Shown: positions 13,141 to 27,469, numbered from the stretch's first letter. The stretch is DNA of 64,000 bases from Mytilus edulis (GCF_963676685.1 NC_092352.1:67642001-67706000), one strand, 5' to 3'. The notes: generated by a model not told the origin, from the letters alone. Translations and numbers: made by a program.

Positions 13141-13424
13141 TTTAGGTAAATGTCATTTGTATGGAATTGCAAAACTCTTTTTTTTATCAAATTAAGACAA
13201 AACTTGATATCATCCATTGGCTTTTAATGCAATCTTACTGAAAAACGAACGGCTTCAAATATGCTTTAAAATTTTATTTCGACTTTGTAGCAACAAGACA
13301 AATTGAGAATTTTAGTATTTTATCAAACCACCAATTTGGCAAACCTCGTAATTTTGTTCTGTTTCAAACTGTTTTATTAAGTTTCCCCTGAAGTTTATTT
13401 TTATTACCTAGATGTTAACGTGTG

Positions 13425-13620
13425 AAAAGTAAAATAAAAAAATTCAAATGAACTCCTTAGAAAATTCAAGACGGAAAGTCCCTAATCAAATGGCAAAATC
13501 AAAAGCTCAAACATATCAAACGAATGGTTGTCATATTTCTGACTTGGTACAGGCATTTTCTTGTGTAGAAAATGGTGGATTGAACCTGCATGGTTTTAAA
13601 GCTAGTTAAACCTCCTTGTT
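13425..13620 (+). repeat. Dispersed repeat (gaaaattcaaaacggaaagtccctaatcaaatggc...tgacttggtacaggca)
   Basis: Related copies at ~33940-34180, ~38170-38250 and ~61190-61300. Confidence 0.75.
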
Positions 13621-13766
13621 CATCATCGATCACATACATTTGCATACATGAAAAAAAAGTATGCACACATAGACATTGAGTTGACTAAACGATGCTGAAA
13701 GATATCAAATTCAAATTTGTGATTACATTTAATGTAAACCTACATAGGAGTAATGCAGAACACTAT

Positions 13767-14056
13767 GGCCGAGTTCACTTCAAACTCTCGAGTTAACTTT
13801 ACTTACACGGGTTTCAACAATACGATTTTATTTGAACCACTCGAGTCAACCCCTCGTACTCTCGTTCAAATCCTCACCGAGCAAGGGTTAAACTCAGGAA
13901 ATCTTGAATGACGTCAAACCAATGAAAATATTTTATTTTTTATGCTTGGTCAGGGCCTTACTCTAGAGTTACTTAGAGTTGTTTCGAATATCAACCACGT
14001 GATAATCTTCTAATTATGAAGTCGATCGTAGTCTAGAGTTTGAAGGCTTCTCGGCC
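13767..14056. mobile_element. 290 bp PIF/Harbinger-like MITE
   Basis: TIRs ggccgagttcacttcaaactct / agagtttgaaggcttctcggcc; 3-bp TAT duplication on both sides. Confidence 0.8.
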
Positions 14057-15105
14057 TATCTGATTTAATTACTGAGACGAGGACACACTAAAGAATATAC
14101 TGCTGAATTTAATCATCAAAATACAACCTTTATCATGTAAAGCCTAAAGTAGAAATGGAGCATTCAATGACTTCTAATTTACCCGTATTAAGAAGGCATG
14201 TAGAAGATGCACTAACCTAAAGGGTGATTGGAAAGCTTTGCTTTCCTTGGTTTTTTTTAACCTTGGTTCAACTAAATGTTAGCATTCAACATAATAATTT
14301 CAAATGACTTATCTAAAATATATAAGTTTCTCACAGAAGGTAACCAAAGATTTTGCGACGATGCAAATACTCAGATTTAGAATATAAATAAATATCTTTA
14401 ACTAATGAATTCAAATAGCAAAAAGCTATGCAATTTAACAAATATATACTTAATAAGCTCCATGTAAATCATCAAATAAAGGAATATGAAATTTATAGTT
14501 TTAAACAAGGAAATAACAATGACATAATAATCCTAACTGATTTGTATGCCATATGATTATTATAATCATATTGTTTGTATTCTGAAGTTGACCGAAACGG
14601 AATAGATGTATAAAAGCCTAAAAATCATCAATTTTATAGAATCCTCTTGGCAAACGTTTTAAATATGAACTAGGCAGCAAAACTGCACAAAGAAGAGTTC
14701 AGCACAAAAAAAAAAGATTTTTATTCAATACTTAAGAAAAGAGGATCTGCTTTAGAGAAAATAGCAGAAAACTGTTCATCTGTTAAACCAGTTCAACACG
14801 CTCTTATTGTGCTTGCCACTCAAGAATGAAACCGTTCAAACATTACCTTGTTCGACAATGGTAAAACTTCCAAGAAACTAAATTACCGAATCAATCGCAC
14901 TCAGTTAGTACAGTAATACAGTAAAATACCTGAATGTATGGTGATAAACAGAAATACAGGGAAACATTCAAACGAACTATCGTCTGACCTCTTTTTTTGT
15001 CGGTACCCATTTGCCTCTCTCTTTTCCCCCTAATCTATCTAGATTCAAATATCATTGTTCTTGAATTTTGAATGAGTAGTCTCAATTAAAAATGTTACGT
15101 GTGGT

Positions 15106-16206
15106 TTACAACCACTGGGTCGATGCCACTGCTGATGGAGATTTATTTCCCCCGAGGGTATCACCAGCCCCGTAGTCAGCACTTTTTGTGCTGACAGGAA
15201 TTATCATTGATATGGTTATATTTATAAATTAAGTGTTTACAAAATTTAAAATTTTTGAAAAACTAAGGCTTTTCTACCTCAGGCATAGATTACCTTAGCT
15301 GTATTTGGCATAACTTTTAGGAATTTTGGTCCTTAATGCTCTTCAACTTCGTACTTTATTTGGCCTTTTTAACTGTTTTGGATTCGAGCGTCACTAATCG
15401 AGATGAGTCTTTTGTAGACGAAACGCGCGTCTGGCGTATATACAAAATTTAGTCCTGGTATCTATGATGAATTTAGTTACAACCACTGGGTCGATGCCAC
15501 TGCTGGTGGATATTTATTTTCCCGAGGGTATCACCAGCCCCGTAGTCAGCACTGTGTGTGCTGACACGAATTCTCATTGATATGGTTATATTTATAAATT
15601 AACTGTTTACAAAATTTAAAATTTTTGAAAAACTAAGGCTTTTCTACCTAAGGCATAGATTACCTTAGCTGTATTTGGCATAACTTTTAGGAATTTTGGT
15701 CCTTAATGCTCTTCAACTTCGTACTTTATTTGGCCTTTTTAACTGTTTTGGATTCGAGCGTCACTAATCGAGATGAGTCTTTTGTAGACGAAACGCGCGT
15801 CTGGCGTATATACAAAATTTAGTCCTGGTATCTATGATGAATTTATTTACAACCACTGGGTCGATGCCACTGCTGGTGGATATTTATTTTCCCGAGGGTA
15901 TCACCAGCCCCGTAGTCAGCACTGTACTGACACGAATTCTCATTGATATGGTTATATTTATAAATTAACTGTTTACAAAATTTAAAATTTTTGAAAACTA
16001 AGGCTTTTCTACCTCAGGCATAGATTACCTTAGCTGTATTTGGCATAGCTTTTAGGAATTTTGGTCCTTAATACTCTTCAACTTCGTTCTTTATTTGGCC
16101 TTTTCAACTTTTTTGGATTCGAGCGTCACTAATGAGTCTTTGTAGACGAAACGCGCGTCTGGCGTATATACAAAATGTAGTCCTGGTATCTATGATGAGT
16201 TTATTT
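15106..16206 (+). mobile_element. Non-LTR retrozyme tandem array: three head-to-tail ~370 bp units, each with a hammerhead ribozyme motif
   Basis: Units start 15106, 15477, 15847; each has gcgtca-core-gtct..agac-GAA-acgcgcgt-C-tggcgt at 15388-15437, 15758-15807, 16123-16165. Cores are mutated. Confidence 0.88.
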
Positions 16207-17699
16207 GACCTCGGACGGAAATTGAATATCCGAAGTCACTATGACAATAGAAATATTTGTAACTTGAACAGTTTAACGGGACTTTGTATACAAATTTGAT
16301 AAATATTTCATTAGTTTGGGTTTTTCTCTGATATTGTTCTATAATCAGTCGTCAAATTTCCTTTATTTCAAAATTCCATTTAATATTCAAAGATAAGGCC
16401 GAAGAAAATTATTGGACAAATATCTGAAACGAAGACTACCTGGATTTTAACAAGGTTATCAATATTGAAAAACAATACCACTGAGATTTTTTTTTCAATC
16501 AGAGTTTTGGACGCAACATACTTAATTTGAACCACCATCAGGGGTAAGTAATTTTTTAATGAACTCGCGTTATATATTCCCTGAAACAGTAAAAATTTAA
16601 ATTTTAGTAATACTCAAAAGAAAATAACCGTCATTAAGTCAATTTAATTGCCGTTACTTATCTAACTAGCCAGCGCAACAATATTGCTGTTAGTCTCCCA
16701 ACTAGCCAATGCAGTTTTCATAAATAAGAAACCGCCAACTAGCTAATATATTATTACTTTTAAACCATCAATAACATTCAGCGCGATATCAGTACTGTTT
16801 GTATATAGCCCGATTTCATCAGAATTGAGCCGCCAACGATCGCGAGTCAGTGCACTGACTATTCCATTACCCTAAAAGATGTAATACCACAATTGGTTCT
16901 CCCTTATTTGTCTCTGCTACATTTTTACTTTAAAAAAAATGTGCAGAGTTAATCTTTGTTTCGAATAAAGAAATTCTTGACATGAGTGAAGTTTTATCAT
17001 GTTCAGAACTATAGACAAAATTTCACATACTATTGTCATTTCATTGCATATCAGAAAATAGCCGTCACTGGAAGACATGTAACCTCAAAATTTCTATAGA
17101 AATACAAAAAATACAAAAAATAATGTTGCTTTGAAAAACCCAATTTATTATATATATGTTTTTGACTTAGACTATTTTTACTGCAATGAAATGTAGGATT
17201 AATTTCCTGTAACTGTCAAACTCAAGGGAATATTTGTTTCTACCCTTTTTCGTAACCGGATGTGACGTACTATGTTTTCGTTGTATGCGCCTAAACGTTG
17301 GTTTATTCGTATGATTTTTTTCATATTTCATTCTCTGCCAGGGTCTTAAATAGTTGACTATACAGTAAGGGTTTTGTTCATTGTTGATTGTCGCGTACTG
17401 TGACCTTCAATTCTTAAATCAACGTTATCAAAAATCTGGTAGATACTTGTGTCATTCATGATACTGAGGCAATCTTATTTTGTATAGCCATTGTTTTATT
17501 TTGCTGTTAGTCATCCCATATTAGCTAGTGCATAAATTGCCATTATTTATAGGCCTCTTAGTCAGCGCAATACTGTACCATAACTGCTTTACAGGATAGA
17601 CGGTGCGAATCCGTTACAGTTACTATATTAGTTATCCCAACACACTATTGTCATTAGGAATAAAGATATTCAATGCGATGCCTTTACTCTTATTCCTCC

Positions 17700-17920
17700 A
17701 AGCCAGAGTGATACATGTGGGGCAGGACCTGCACACCCTAGCGGAGCACCTGAGATCACCCCCATGTTTTGGTGGGGTTCGTGTTGCTTAGTATTTAGTA
17801 ATCTATGTTGTTTCTGTGTACTATTAGTTGTCTGTTCTTCTTTTTTAGTCATGGCTTTGTCAGTTTAATTTTCGATCTATGAGCTTGATTGTATCAGGTA
17901 TCTTTCGCCTCTCTTTTACT
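17700..17920 (+). mobile_element. 3' fragment of Penelope-like element (ggagcacctgagatcacccc...)
   Basis: Same sequence follows the RT C-terminal ORF at 63920-64000; other fragments at ~52760-52950(-) and ~55700-55760(+). Confidence 0.7.
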
Positions 17921-18629
17921 TCTCCCTATAGTCTGCTCGATACCATTGTTCTACTAGGGTAGATTTGGGGAGGGAACAGGGGCACGCACCTGGTGAAGCT
18001 TCATATATGATAAATACATATTCGTTTTACAGATTGCAAAAAACATTGGCGTGGCAGCACTCATCTTTTTTTCAAAATGCTGGTACATGTCTTCGTTTTA
18101 TCAAATCTGCCTCTGGTATGTCACATTTTGAAAGTCCTCATCAAATAACTTCTCTTCTGCAAAAAAAAAAATAATCAGACCGTTGTGTTTTTTTTTCATT
18201 TGAAGGTCAATTACAAAATTTAGTAGTCAGTTCAAGTATTAACCTGCTCACTTATCACTGCGTACATCTCAGTTGGGGATGACCTATAATATGCAGATTG
18301 ATCTTTTTCGAACATATTTTACTTATATTCTTTGACTTATATTTACATAGCGGTTTTGATTAATCCACGTTCTAATCTCTATGGATTCTGGGTAAACTAT
18401 GTAAACGCCCAGGTGAGGTGATGGATTACTCCCATTTCAGCTTCGCTATGATTTGGTTAGATCGCATTTTTTTAACCAAGGGAAAATCCCTGGTTGTGTT
18501 CGAAATAAGAATGTTCAAATATAGTTGTTATAACATGTTAAAAGGTATTCAGAATTAAATAATGATTTTAAGACAGAATAATAGATACCAGTGACTAATT
18601 GCGTTTTAAGATTTTTAAAAATATTTCTT

Positions 18630-18870
18630 TAGTTTAGTTTTAAATATATTTATTAATATTCGATTGGGAAACTAGTTATTGCAACTTATATTAATCCCTT
18701 TCCACTTTGCGGGTGCTAGTGTCGCCTTGTAGCGGCATTAGCATGACCTTTATGAAATCTACAAGGGTATCATTTACGTGCAAGAGATATTGCCCTCTCT
18801 TAACACGGGTCAGCCATTTATGGTCCCCGTCCGACGGACTATCATCGTTTCTCAAGACAATACTCGCAAA
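18630..18870 (-). repeat. SINE body (gcacgtaaa-containing, Meta-SINE-like), copy 1
   Basis: Reverse-complement match to 21248-21490; family name is from memory of bivalve SINE domains. Confidence 0.65.
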
Positions 18871-20384
18871 TTGTGTCAAGTTTCATAAGAAACAGGAACT
18901 TTCTAGATTTTTCATCTCTCACAATATCTTGATAAATAAAAAGTTTGTAATGATATTTTGAATGATGTAGCCTCTTATTTACTAAAATCATCAAACACAA
19001 GTGTGAATCACACATCAGAATTGTCGTATGCTATTAGATGAAAAAGGCAAAGGACCTCAACATGATAAACACAAGATGGCCGACATGACCAGCGAAAATC
19101 CTAAACCTCATTGTAGAAATCTCCAACCGGATAACCTCTCCCGCTAACAAAATGATATCATAATAAAGAAACTATTTTTACAGAAACAATTACTAAGGTT
19201 ACAGAATAATCATGCTATAAATGAACTTTTTATCAGCATATGCAAACATCATGAGTGCTCTCGAGTTGTAGTTACTCCAATTGAAATTTGCCGTGGTCGT
19301 ATCAAGAGAATTGTCAATAATTAAAGATTAAATACTTAGCTTTATGAACAGGGCATATTGAATAAATGATTTTGTTTCATGCTGGCATTGATGGCTAGTA
19401 GATTCTTTATCGTTTTTGAACAATAAATCTTTTTGATTGAGAAATCAGGAGATAAGAACGGAGTTTGATTAGTTATGAAAAATTGGAATACCATCCTAGC
19501 AAGGAATTGAACAGTACTATACAAATCCTTAATTTTTGTATTATTTTCATTTTATGGTTTATCAACTGAAAAAATCCGATATTCGTTATTCCGTCTTTAT
19601 GACTTTTCTTTTCTTAAATGTAATGTTCCTATATCCTAAACAGGAATATTTCACAAGTTTTTAAATCAGGTAACACAAATAAGTAAAATTCTAACCGTCA
19701 AGATAAGTAAAGGTTTAAATAAAACAGCATCTGCCTTTACTATGTGTTCTACTACAAAGTTTTCCGTGCTTTTAACTAGTTTATTAACTACTATCAAAGA
19801 AATTATCTATAACCTTTGTAATGAAACATATTTAAAAATCAGAATTGAGCGATTTTTGGAGTGTTACAAATTCTTTAGATGTTTTAGATAAATTACGTGC
19901 TTTTAATGGTCATTTAATTCTGTTGACAATTTTGACTTTTTCACTCTTTACACTACACTACACTTCAACATAATCATATCAAACAAAGTGTTCCTATTAA
20001 AGGGTCGTATGAAAAATCTTCATGAAATTTATTTGACGCATCTCACATCACACCATTTTCTCTATTGAGAAAGGTAAATTTGCTAAATATACTTACTGGA
20101 GGTGTGAAGAGTCTGAACCATAGTCGATCATAGTCATAACCATACTCGTCTTAAGTCTGAACCTTATTTGACCAATACCTTTACTTTATCATTCTTGAAT
20201 ATATAAATTCGATTTATTCAACAAGAAACCATTCATTTTTACATTGATTCTTTTCTGATCCGTTAAATCACTGTTTAGTCAAATAACCCAACGGAAACAC
20301 ATCTGGTTAAAAATAGATTTTGAAAAGAACAAAATAGAGTGATAGCTTAAGAATATGCGAGGATTGTATCTGTTTTGGCGGAGT

Positions 20385-21030
20385 AAATAGTGCCAAAGTA
20401 TAGCCCATTTTAGCGCAAGATTTTTAACCCATTTGAGCGAAAATGAAAATTATCAACGCCCTTTTTAGTGCAATATTTTAATCCATTTTATGATTAATGA
20501 TAAATGAATATTATTTTTAATAGAATCAAGACAGCACAATTTAAAATATATTGTCCATTAAAATACAGCACTAAAAGTTTACAGGTTAAACCAAATTTTA
20601 AAAGTCCGTTCTAGTCTGGAATTTATATCCCAGAGAACGTACGCAATGGGCTCTTGGTATACCCCTGTACAATAAGTTGCAGTAGAAACTGTTGTTTCTC
20701 TTTATCGTGTCTAGATTGTGGTGCACATTCGTATATACATTATATTTTTATATTTGTTTGCAATTTGATGATAGTATCAAGGAAAACGTAAATAGCTGAG
20801 TGACAACTATAAAATTACTTTATTTCCATGATGAACCAAAGTGAACATATATACAACTTTAATATTAAGCCAGCATAAATTAATACTCATGGTTTTAGTA
20901 AGGAGAGTATTATTCAACTAGGTAAGTTTTCCCTAAAATGGGCTATAGAAAATGCAGGTGAATGGATGAATCCTGCGCTAAAATGGGATCTAAATTATAA
21001 ATGTCTACGCTAAAATGTCCCTAGTAGTTT
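20385..21030. mobile_element. Possible non-autonomous DNA transposon with subterminal inverted motifs
   Basis: cccattttagcg-like motifs at left, cgctaaaatggg-like motifs repeated at right; exact ends unclear. Confidence 0.45.
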
Positions 21031-21247
21031 AACATTTTTTGTTAAAATTATCTGCGCCCATCTGTGTTCTTGTTCATAGTTGAGGTTAAATTTCCTTCTG
21101 TTTAGGCAATTGGCAAATTTGATTAAATTATTGATTAATTTTATTGTTGTTAGTTTTGAATTTGCTTGATGAAATTAACGATTCAACTATTAAAATTTTT
21201 ATTCAGAAATTATCAAAAGCGAATAAAAGAATAAGCCCTTAACATTA

Positions 21248-21490
21248 TTTGCGAGTATGGTCTTGAGAAACAATGATAGTCTTTCTGAAGGGACGATAGA
21301 TGGCTGACCCGTGCTAATATAGAGCAATGTCTCTTGCACGTAAAATACACCTTGGATAGATTTGGAAAAGAGCAGGCTAAGGCTTTAAGGAAACACTTGC
21401 ACCCTCTTAGTGGAAACGGATTAATATAAGTTGTGCCGAAAACTTGTTTCCCAATCCACTATACTAGTAGATAAATATGTTTCAACTAAA
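21248..21490 (+). repeat. SINE body (Meta-SINE-like), copy 2
   Basis: Homologous to 18630-18870 in opposite orientation. Confidence 0.65.
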
Positions 21491-23913
21491 AGAAAAAGCA
21501 GCAGAAAGACAGTGATTTAAACTTTTTTAAATATCCTATTACAATCAAAAGAAAGAGAAAATATCTTTGCTCCATGGGAATACTATATTTAAAAGAATAT
21601 TATTTTTTCTGTTTTAATTTTACTGTACTTTAAAAATATGTTCCACTGTTGCATTTCGGTTCTATACGTAGCAACTCAAGCAAATCGCTCTTATAAATTA
21701 TGCTGTATGATTGAGCTGCGAAATGAAAAAAAGTACGACGTTATTTATACAATTTGCATGAAAAATAACGTCAAACTAACGTTACCAAAAAACTATAAAC
21801 ACTAACATCGTACGCGACGTCTAATGCTTGGGGTTGATGAGTTCGGTTCAGATTTGGTTAAGTATGGCAAGAACGTTGTTTTTCACGTTTGAATGGTTTT
21901 ACAATAGTAATTTTGAGGCCCTTTATAGCTTGTTGTTCGGTGTGAGCCAAGGCTCTGTGTTGAAGGCCGTTCATTGACCCATAATAGTTTACTTTTAAAA
22001 ATTGTTATTTGGATGGAGAGTTGTCTCATTGGCACTCACACCACATCTTCCTATATATAAGTATGTTGAATACGATTTGTAAGTTTATTTTATTTTTTTC
22101 CTCATTGTATTTCAAAGCACATCATTGAATAGCGTATGGTCCATTGACGGCCGTATCGCAACATGAGAATATTTAATATTGATTTTTTTTTTTTGGGGGG
22201 GGGGGGGGGGGGTCGATTATGAAAAAATATTAGCGGAGCCACTAAACGAATAATCCCCAATTGACTGTTACAACGGTGTTATTTCTAATGCGATATTAAA
22301 ATATTATTCATAATAAGATATTATAAAACGTTTGAGATATCTCGGACAGATCTAGCTTAATTATATAAAATAATGATAATAATAAAAAAAAATTAGCCCA
22401 TCCGTCAACTTTGACTTTGGTTTTGACGGTAGACGTAATTCCAATCAAATGTGAAAAAAACCCCAAAATAAACTTTCAAATTGTATTTAACATACTAAAT
22501 CTGAAATATTTCCGCCCATATTACAAAGAATGTTTATTTGATCTAAGAGGTTATGAAATATTACCGCCTTGATTTGATTATTAATCTCAACTGACACCTT
22601 CCAATTGATTTTGAAATTGATGGGACGTTGCTTGTTTTATTTTCATTAGATAATATTTCATACATATGCAGTATATATACTAATGAGAACAGTTTAACGA
22701 TAGACAATTAAAGTGTTGAGGTCTTCAATTTTGGCAGGTTTGGACTAAAGGGTTATAACTTGAAGTGACTACTGCTTGAAAGTGGGTAAGTTAGATCGGA
22801 TATTTAACCATACAGCAATTTACTCTCGAAACTCTAAAAGTCTGAGTTCAAAGATTCTTTAACGATTTAACGTGCACAGGGTGTTGAACTTTCTCCAGAT
22901 GAGTCATAGGATTCCATGCCGACTGGATATTTATACCCCTCCGCGCCGCAACTAGAAAGGACACACGGAAGACGTCTAGATGGCCATTATTAGATATACT
23001 AGTTAACCACCAGAGTCGAAACCCAACTGCTTCAAAAAGTAGTTTCTAAAGAAATGCACTAAGTAAAGTTGATGAAAAAGTTTTGTTCTTTGTAAGAATA
23101 TCCATTTGATTATATTATTATCATACCGATCAGATTTAATTGCAATCATTTTTTATTTCAAGAAATAACCAGTTGTTGAACTTTTTCAATTTTGATAAAA
23201 TTTCGAATATGATTTTCTTTCGAACTCATCTTGCATTTTCAAGATAGAAATATGTCGTAACAGTGCTGAATATTTACAGGAATACCACGTCTCCTTATTT
23301 TTTTTATACTAGAAATCAGCATATGAAAATTCGAATGTTGGGGCACACAAAAAGTATGTACAACAAACAAACTAGTCTCTTGTATTTCTTGAAATACTTA
23401 AATGTCATGTGCAGGGGCATGGCTTATCGTGATTTTATATGTCCGCAATATTTTTTGAAGACAATTCCCCATGTACGCTCAGTTGATTTTAGTTTTTTTT
23501 TATTTATTGCATTCAAACCTATTTCATGGGTGATTTTTATAACATTATTTATGCATGCGTGTATGAGCAGCAAGGTACACATTTTTGCATTTATTGTCAG
23601 TATCTATACATCAAAATTCAGTTTATATATTTTTAATGTATCATATGATAACAAAGTGACTTCCTCAAAAGTGAAAAAAAGTCCATGTAATTGACCATCC
23701 CATAGACTGCCGTAGTTCGGTCTTCCCCAATGTCGTATTATCAAAACTTCCACTAAAAGGCGTCATTTTATAACAAAAATGCGTTTTAAGAATGCCTAAC
23801 CTTTAAAATTTCTGAATCATGCTATGTTTAGTTGACAACGAAGATATTTCTCAAAACACCTGACTAAATTTTGATCTTTTATCAGGAAAAAGTTAACATT
23901 TACAGACGACAGA

Positions 23914-23956
23914 ATGGAGATATTTAACAGAAAATTGAATATGATAAATATAGCAG
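23914..23956 (+). CDS. Mucin-Ly6/uPAR GPI protein, first coding exon (MEIFNRKLNMINIA)
   Basis: ATG at 23914 (alternative in-frame ATG at 23941); cag|gtaaga phase 1 donor; acceptor tttatcag at 23885 and a possible upstream non-coding exon donor at 22785/22786 (g|gtaagt). Confidence 0.75.
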
Positions 23957-25845
23957 GTAAGATAAACAACATTATATTTATTTTATTTCAATATTGTTTT
24001 ATCAGAATTTTTAGTGATAAATTTGGATTAGATTTTGAGCAAAAAATGTTTAGCGCTGTTATTAGTTAAGTTATAGATCTATAAAGCTAAATCCTAAAAA
24101 TTTATAAAGAGCGCGGATTTTGTTAATGTATTAAATACATGTAAGTGAAAATTTCGATTTTGAATAAACAGCTTTCCATATATTTTGGCGCTTGCATGAA
24201 TTGGCAGTTGGTTAGTTTATTGTTATCCCAAGATAAAACCATTAAATAGAAAGAAACAGATATTAAACAAGTCTATATGCTTGTTATTTGCGTATACTTC
24301 ACAAATTTTCACAACTACTTCTAGGCCTACAATGGTGCAGAAGTAACGATATGTGTGTGTGGGAGGATGGAAACCAACTTTTGAAAGTAAAAAGCAAACA
24401 AAATAAATTGAAAAAAAAATTCTTTACTCTTATATTCTAGAAGCCAGTCACTATTCTTTTTCAATTGGCATCCATGTTTGAATTGCTATATCCTCCCGCC
24501 TACGAGTATAAACAATCCTGCCGAATGACCGATATATTTGCAGTTCTTACATTTTTGGGCAATAACATATGCATATAGAGCAATTGGAATAAGGGTGCAT
24601 AAAAAAAACCGGTAAAAATCTATTCGATTGATTTAAGTGATGATTCATTGCTTTACAATCAGCATGCGCATAAAAATAAAATTAAGAATGGAAATGGAAA
24701 ATGTGTCAAAGAGACCACAACCCGACCAAAAGCTAAATCGTGGCGATTAAAAAAATCTATTCGTAGTTTCTAAAAAGTCATCTATTTTGAATGCAACACA
24801 AAACCGTTTTACATTTCCATTATCTGTGTGTCGTGACCCCTATAAAGATATGTCACATCATTTTATGCTAAAATATCACGTTATCATCATATTGTCTTTG
24901 AGATATTAGTATATCAACTCTGATTAATAACTGCTTTGCAAATAACCAAGAATTGAGGAAGCTATTGTAGTATATATCTAGGTTGCCAGTCAACAACCGG
25001 AAGTTAGATATATTTTATCTACAATGGCATTGAACATATTTTTTAACTTCGATATAGTTGATTGATGTTTGTTTTTCTTCCTAGAGGAGGCAATACCGTT
25101 TAAAAAAATCGTTTACATCCTAGAAACCCTGGTATCATAATTACATGATATCTGTTTTCATGAAATTACAATATTGAACAGATAATATTATTTCATTTTG
25201 ATTTTTTTAATATACGTCCAGATGTCTTTTCCGTCAGTGCGGTGGTTGGTTGTTATCTCATCAATTTATAAAGTATTCTATTCATTTCAAAGAAATACTG
25301 TTTTTATATGATATACCGTTAAAGATATACGAAGATGTGGTATGAGTGCCAATGAGCAGTTATCTCTCCATCAAAGTCCCAATTTGTAAAAGTAAACCAT
25401 TCAGTTTATAGATAGGTCAAAGTACGACCTTCAACACGGAGTCTTGACTCACACCGAATAGAAAGAGTTTTATTAGATGCTTCTATATTTGAAATATTAG
25501 AAAGGGATACAAATACGGCGCTGGTATGAAATACTAATACTGAGACAACAAATGGAAGATTTTAACGACCTTGACTGTCTATACAGTCCTCGCACGGTCG
25601 GTAGACTGGGACAAAAAAGTTCACAGTTAAAATAAAAAGACGCAGGCTTGGGCTTATTTAGTTTTGTAAATGTATTTATCTTCAAAAACAGTATTACATA
25701 TTTCATCAGTTATTTTTTATTTTCACTGGTCAGTTACTATGATTTTTGTGTTTTAAACCATGTTTGAGTTTGCAAATTTTGTATTATATTATATGGAGAG
25801 GTACTTTGACTTTGTTAATGCATTTATATTTTTTTTCTTTCTTAG

Positions 25846-26001
25846 GACTGATTATTCTGTTATTCATAGTAAAACATGGACACGCTGCAGTAACAGCAAA
25901 TACAACTTCTGCAACCACATCCGCTACCAGTGGTCCTGCTGTGGCAACCAAGATTACTACCGTGAATCCGATATCTACACCTATTGCACCTTCAGCAAAT
26001 G
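25846..26001 (+). CDS. Mucin-Ly6 gene exon 2: signal-peptide core (GLIILLFIVKHGHA) and Thr/Ser/Ala/Pro-rich segment
   Basis: Polypyrimidine tract + ttag acceptor, phase 1 to 1, 156 nt. Confidence 0.85.
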
Positions 26002-27353
26002 GTATTTTTAGATTTAATGAAACTTTATTTTTCTACCAATGAAATATAAGTTTCCATTATATTTTTTTACAGCTATTTAGTACCAAATATCGTGTATACC
26101 TAGCTTATTAATGTTACTTATAGAAGGTAGTTAACAGAACTAAGATCAATGATTATTCATATTAATTCATTAAAGGAGTGTCTATTGAGATCATATCATT
26201 CTTTAAATGCGAAGTACAAGCAGAAATGCGATTCCCTCTAGAAAGCACGTAAAAGAAAGTAGCCAAACTGAAATTAATCAAAGAAAAAAACATAAATTGG
26301 AAAATAGATCAGTGAATCAAATCAAGGTGGAATGTGAACTTACATTTAGGCAACTAAAGAACTTTTATTGAACAAAGGAAGAAAAAGAACAAACATGCTA
26401 AAATTGAGAATGGAAATGGGGAAAAAGACAACAAACCGACCAAATAGCAGATAACATTTAGTAGAATTTTAATTTACATTATAAATATAATAACAATTTG
26501 ATTTCCAAATTAGTTTTTAAATCGATTTGCATATACATTTGTAGGTTTAAATGGACTTTGTTTTTGTGTTACATATTTGTTTTTCGTTCATTTTTTCATA
26601 TAAATAAGGCCGTTAGTTTTCTCGATTGAATTGTTTTACATTGTCTTATCGGGGCCTTTTATAGCTGACTATGCGGTATGGGCTTTGCTCTTTGTTGAAG
26701 GCCGTACGGTGACCTATAGTTGTTAATGTCTGTGTCATTTTGGTCTCTTGTGGACAGTTGTCTCATTGGCAATCATACCACATCTTCTTTTTTATATATT
26801 CAATATGAAATCATAAATATGCAAAAATCAGAATAATAAGATAAAAATTAGCTCTTTGCATGAATAAAACATTATGACATATCTGAGTATCAGGGATGCA
26901 AAAAAAGAGAAAAATATATAAAAAAATATCGTTTCTTTGAATATATCCTGTCTTTAGTTCGTATCAACTTTGCAGTTACATTTTTTTTGGTTAAAATATT
27001 ATTTTATTTATTTCAAAAGTTTAAAATATGACTATATAGGTATTACTTTCCAATTTTTGATCAACATTGATTTTTAGTCCTTCATCCTGTTAATACTTGC
27101 ATGTAAGTATTATAAATAAATTTGCTTTGATACTCTTAGAATTTTCCATAATGAAATTACATCATTCTGGCGTACACTAAGTTTAGCATAATTGATAAAC
27201 TTAACTGACACACTTTATCTAAAAAACAAATGGAAGAAATAGAACTATAACACTTCAATTCATATCCCCACATAGTTATAAAGATTTTCCATACAGCATT
27301 GTTTTATTGTAATATGTGTACGAATGAAATTTAATTTTCATTGTATTGTACAG

Positions 27354-27469
27354 GAACCACCACCAAAATGAATATGTCAACGTCATCTCCATCAACAGGA
27401 CCAACAGGACCAACAGGATCTATAAAATCAAAAACAACACCACTACCAACAACGACAGCACCCAAACCT
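27354..27469 (+). CDS. Mucin-Ly6 gene exon 3 (GTTTKMNMSTSSPSTGPTGPTGSIKSKTTPLPTTTAPKP)
   Basis: tacag| acceptor, |gtaagt donor, phase 1 to 0; mucin-like composition. Confidence 0.85.

Noticed and set aside
22195-22212. Poly-G tract (also poly-C at ~30684-30703) as G-quadruplex element
   Set aside because: Simple homopolymers with no supporting context for function.
23263-23694. 143-aa ORF
   Set aside because: Non-ATG start, low-complexity AT-rich composition, no recognisable domain; probably intronic to the Ly6 gene 5' UTR.
27078-27102. Candidate micro-exon (ttttag|...|gtaagt) in the Ly6 gene
   Set aside because: 25 nt would shift the frame between two phase-1 junctions; no support without RNA data.
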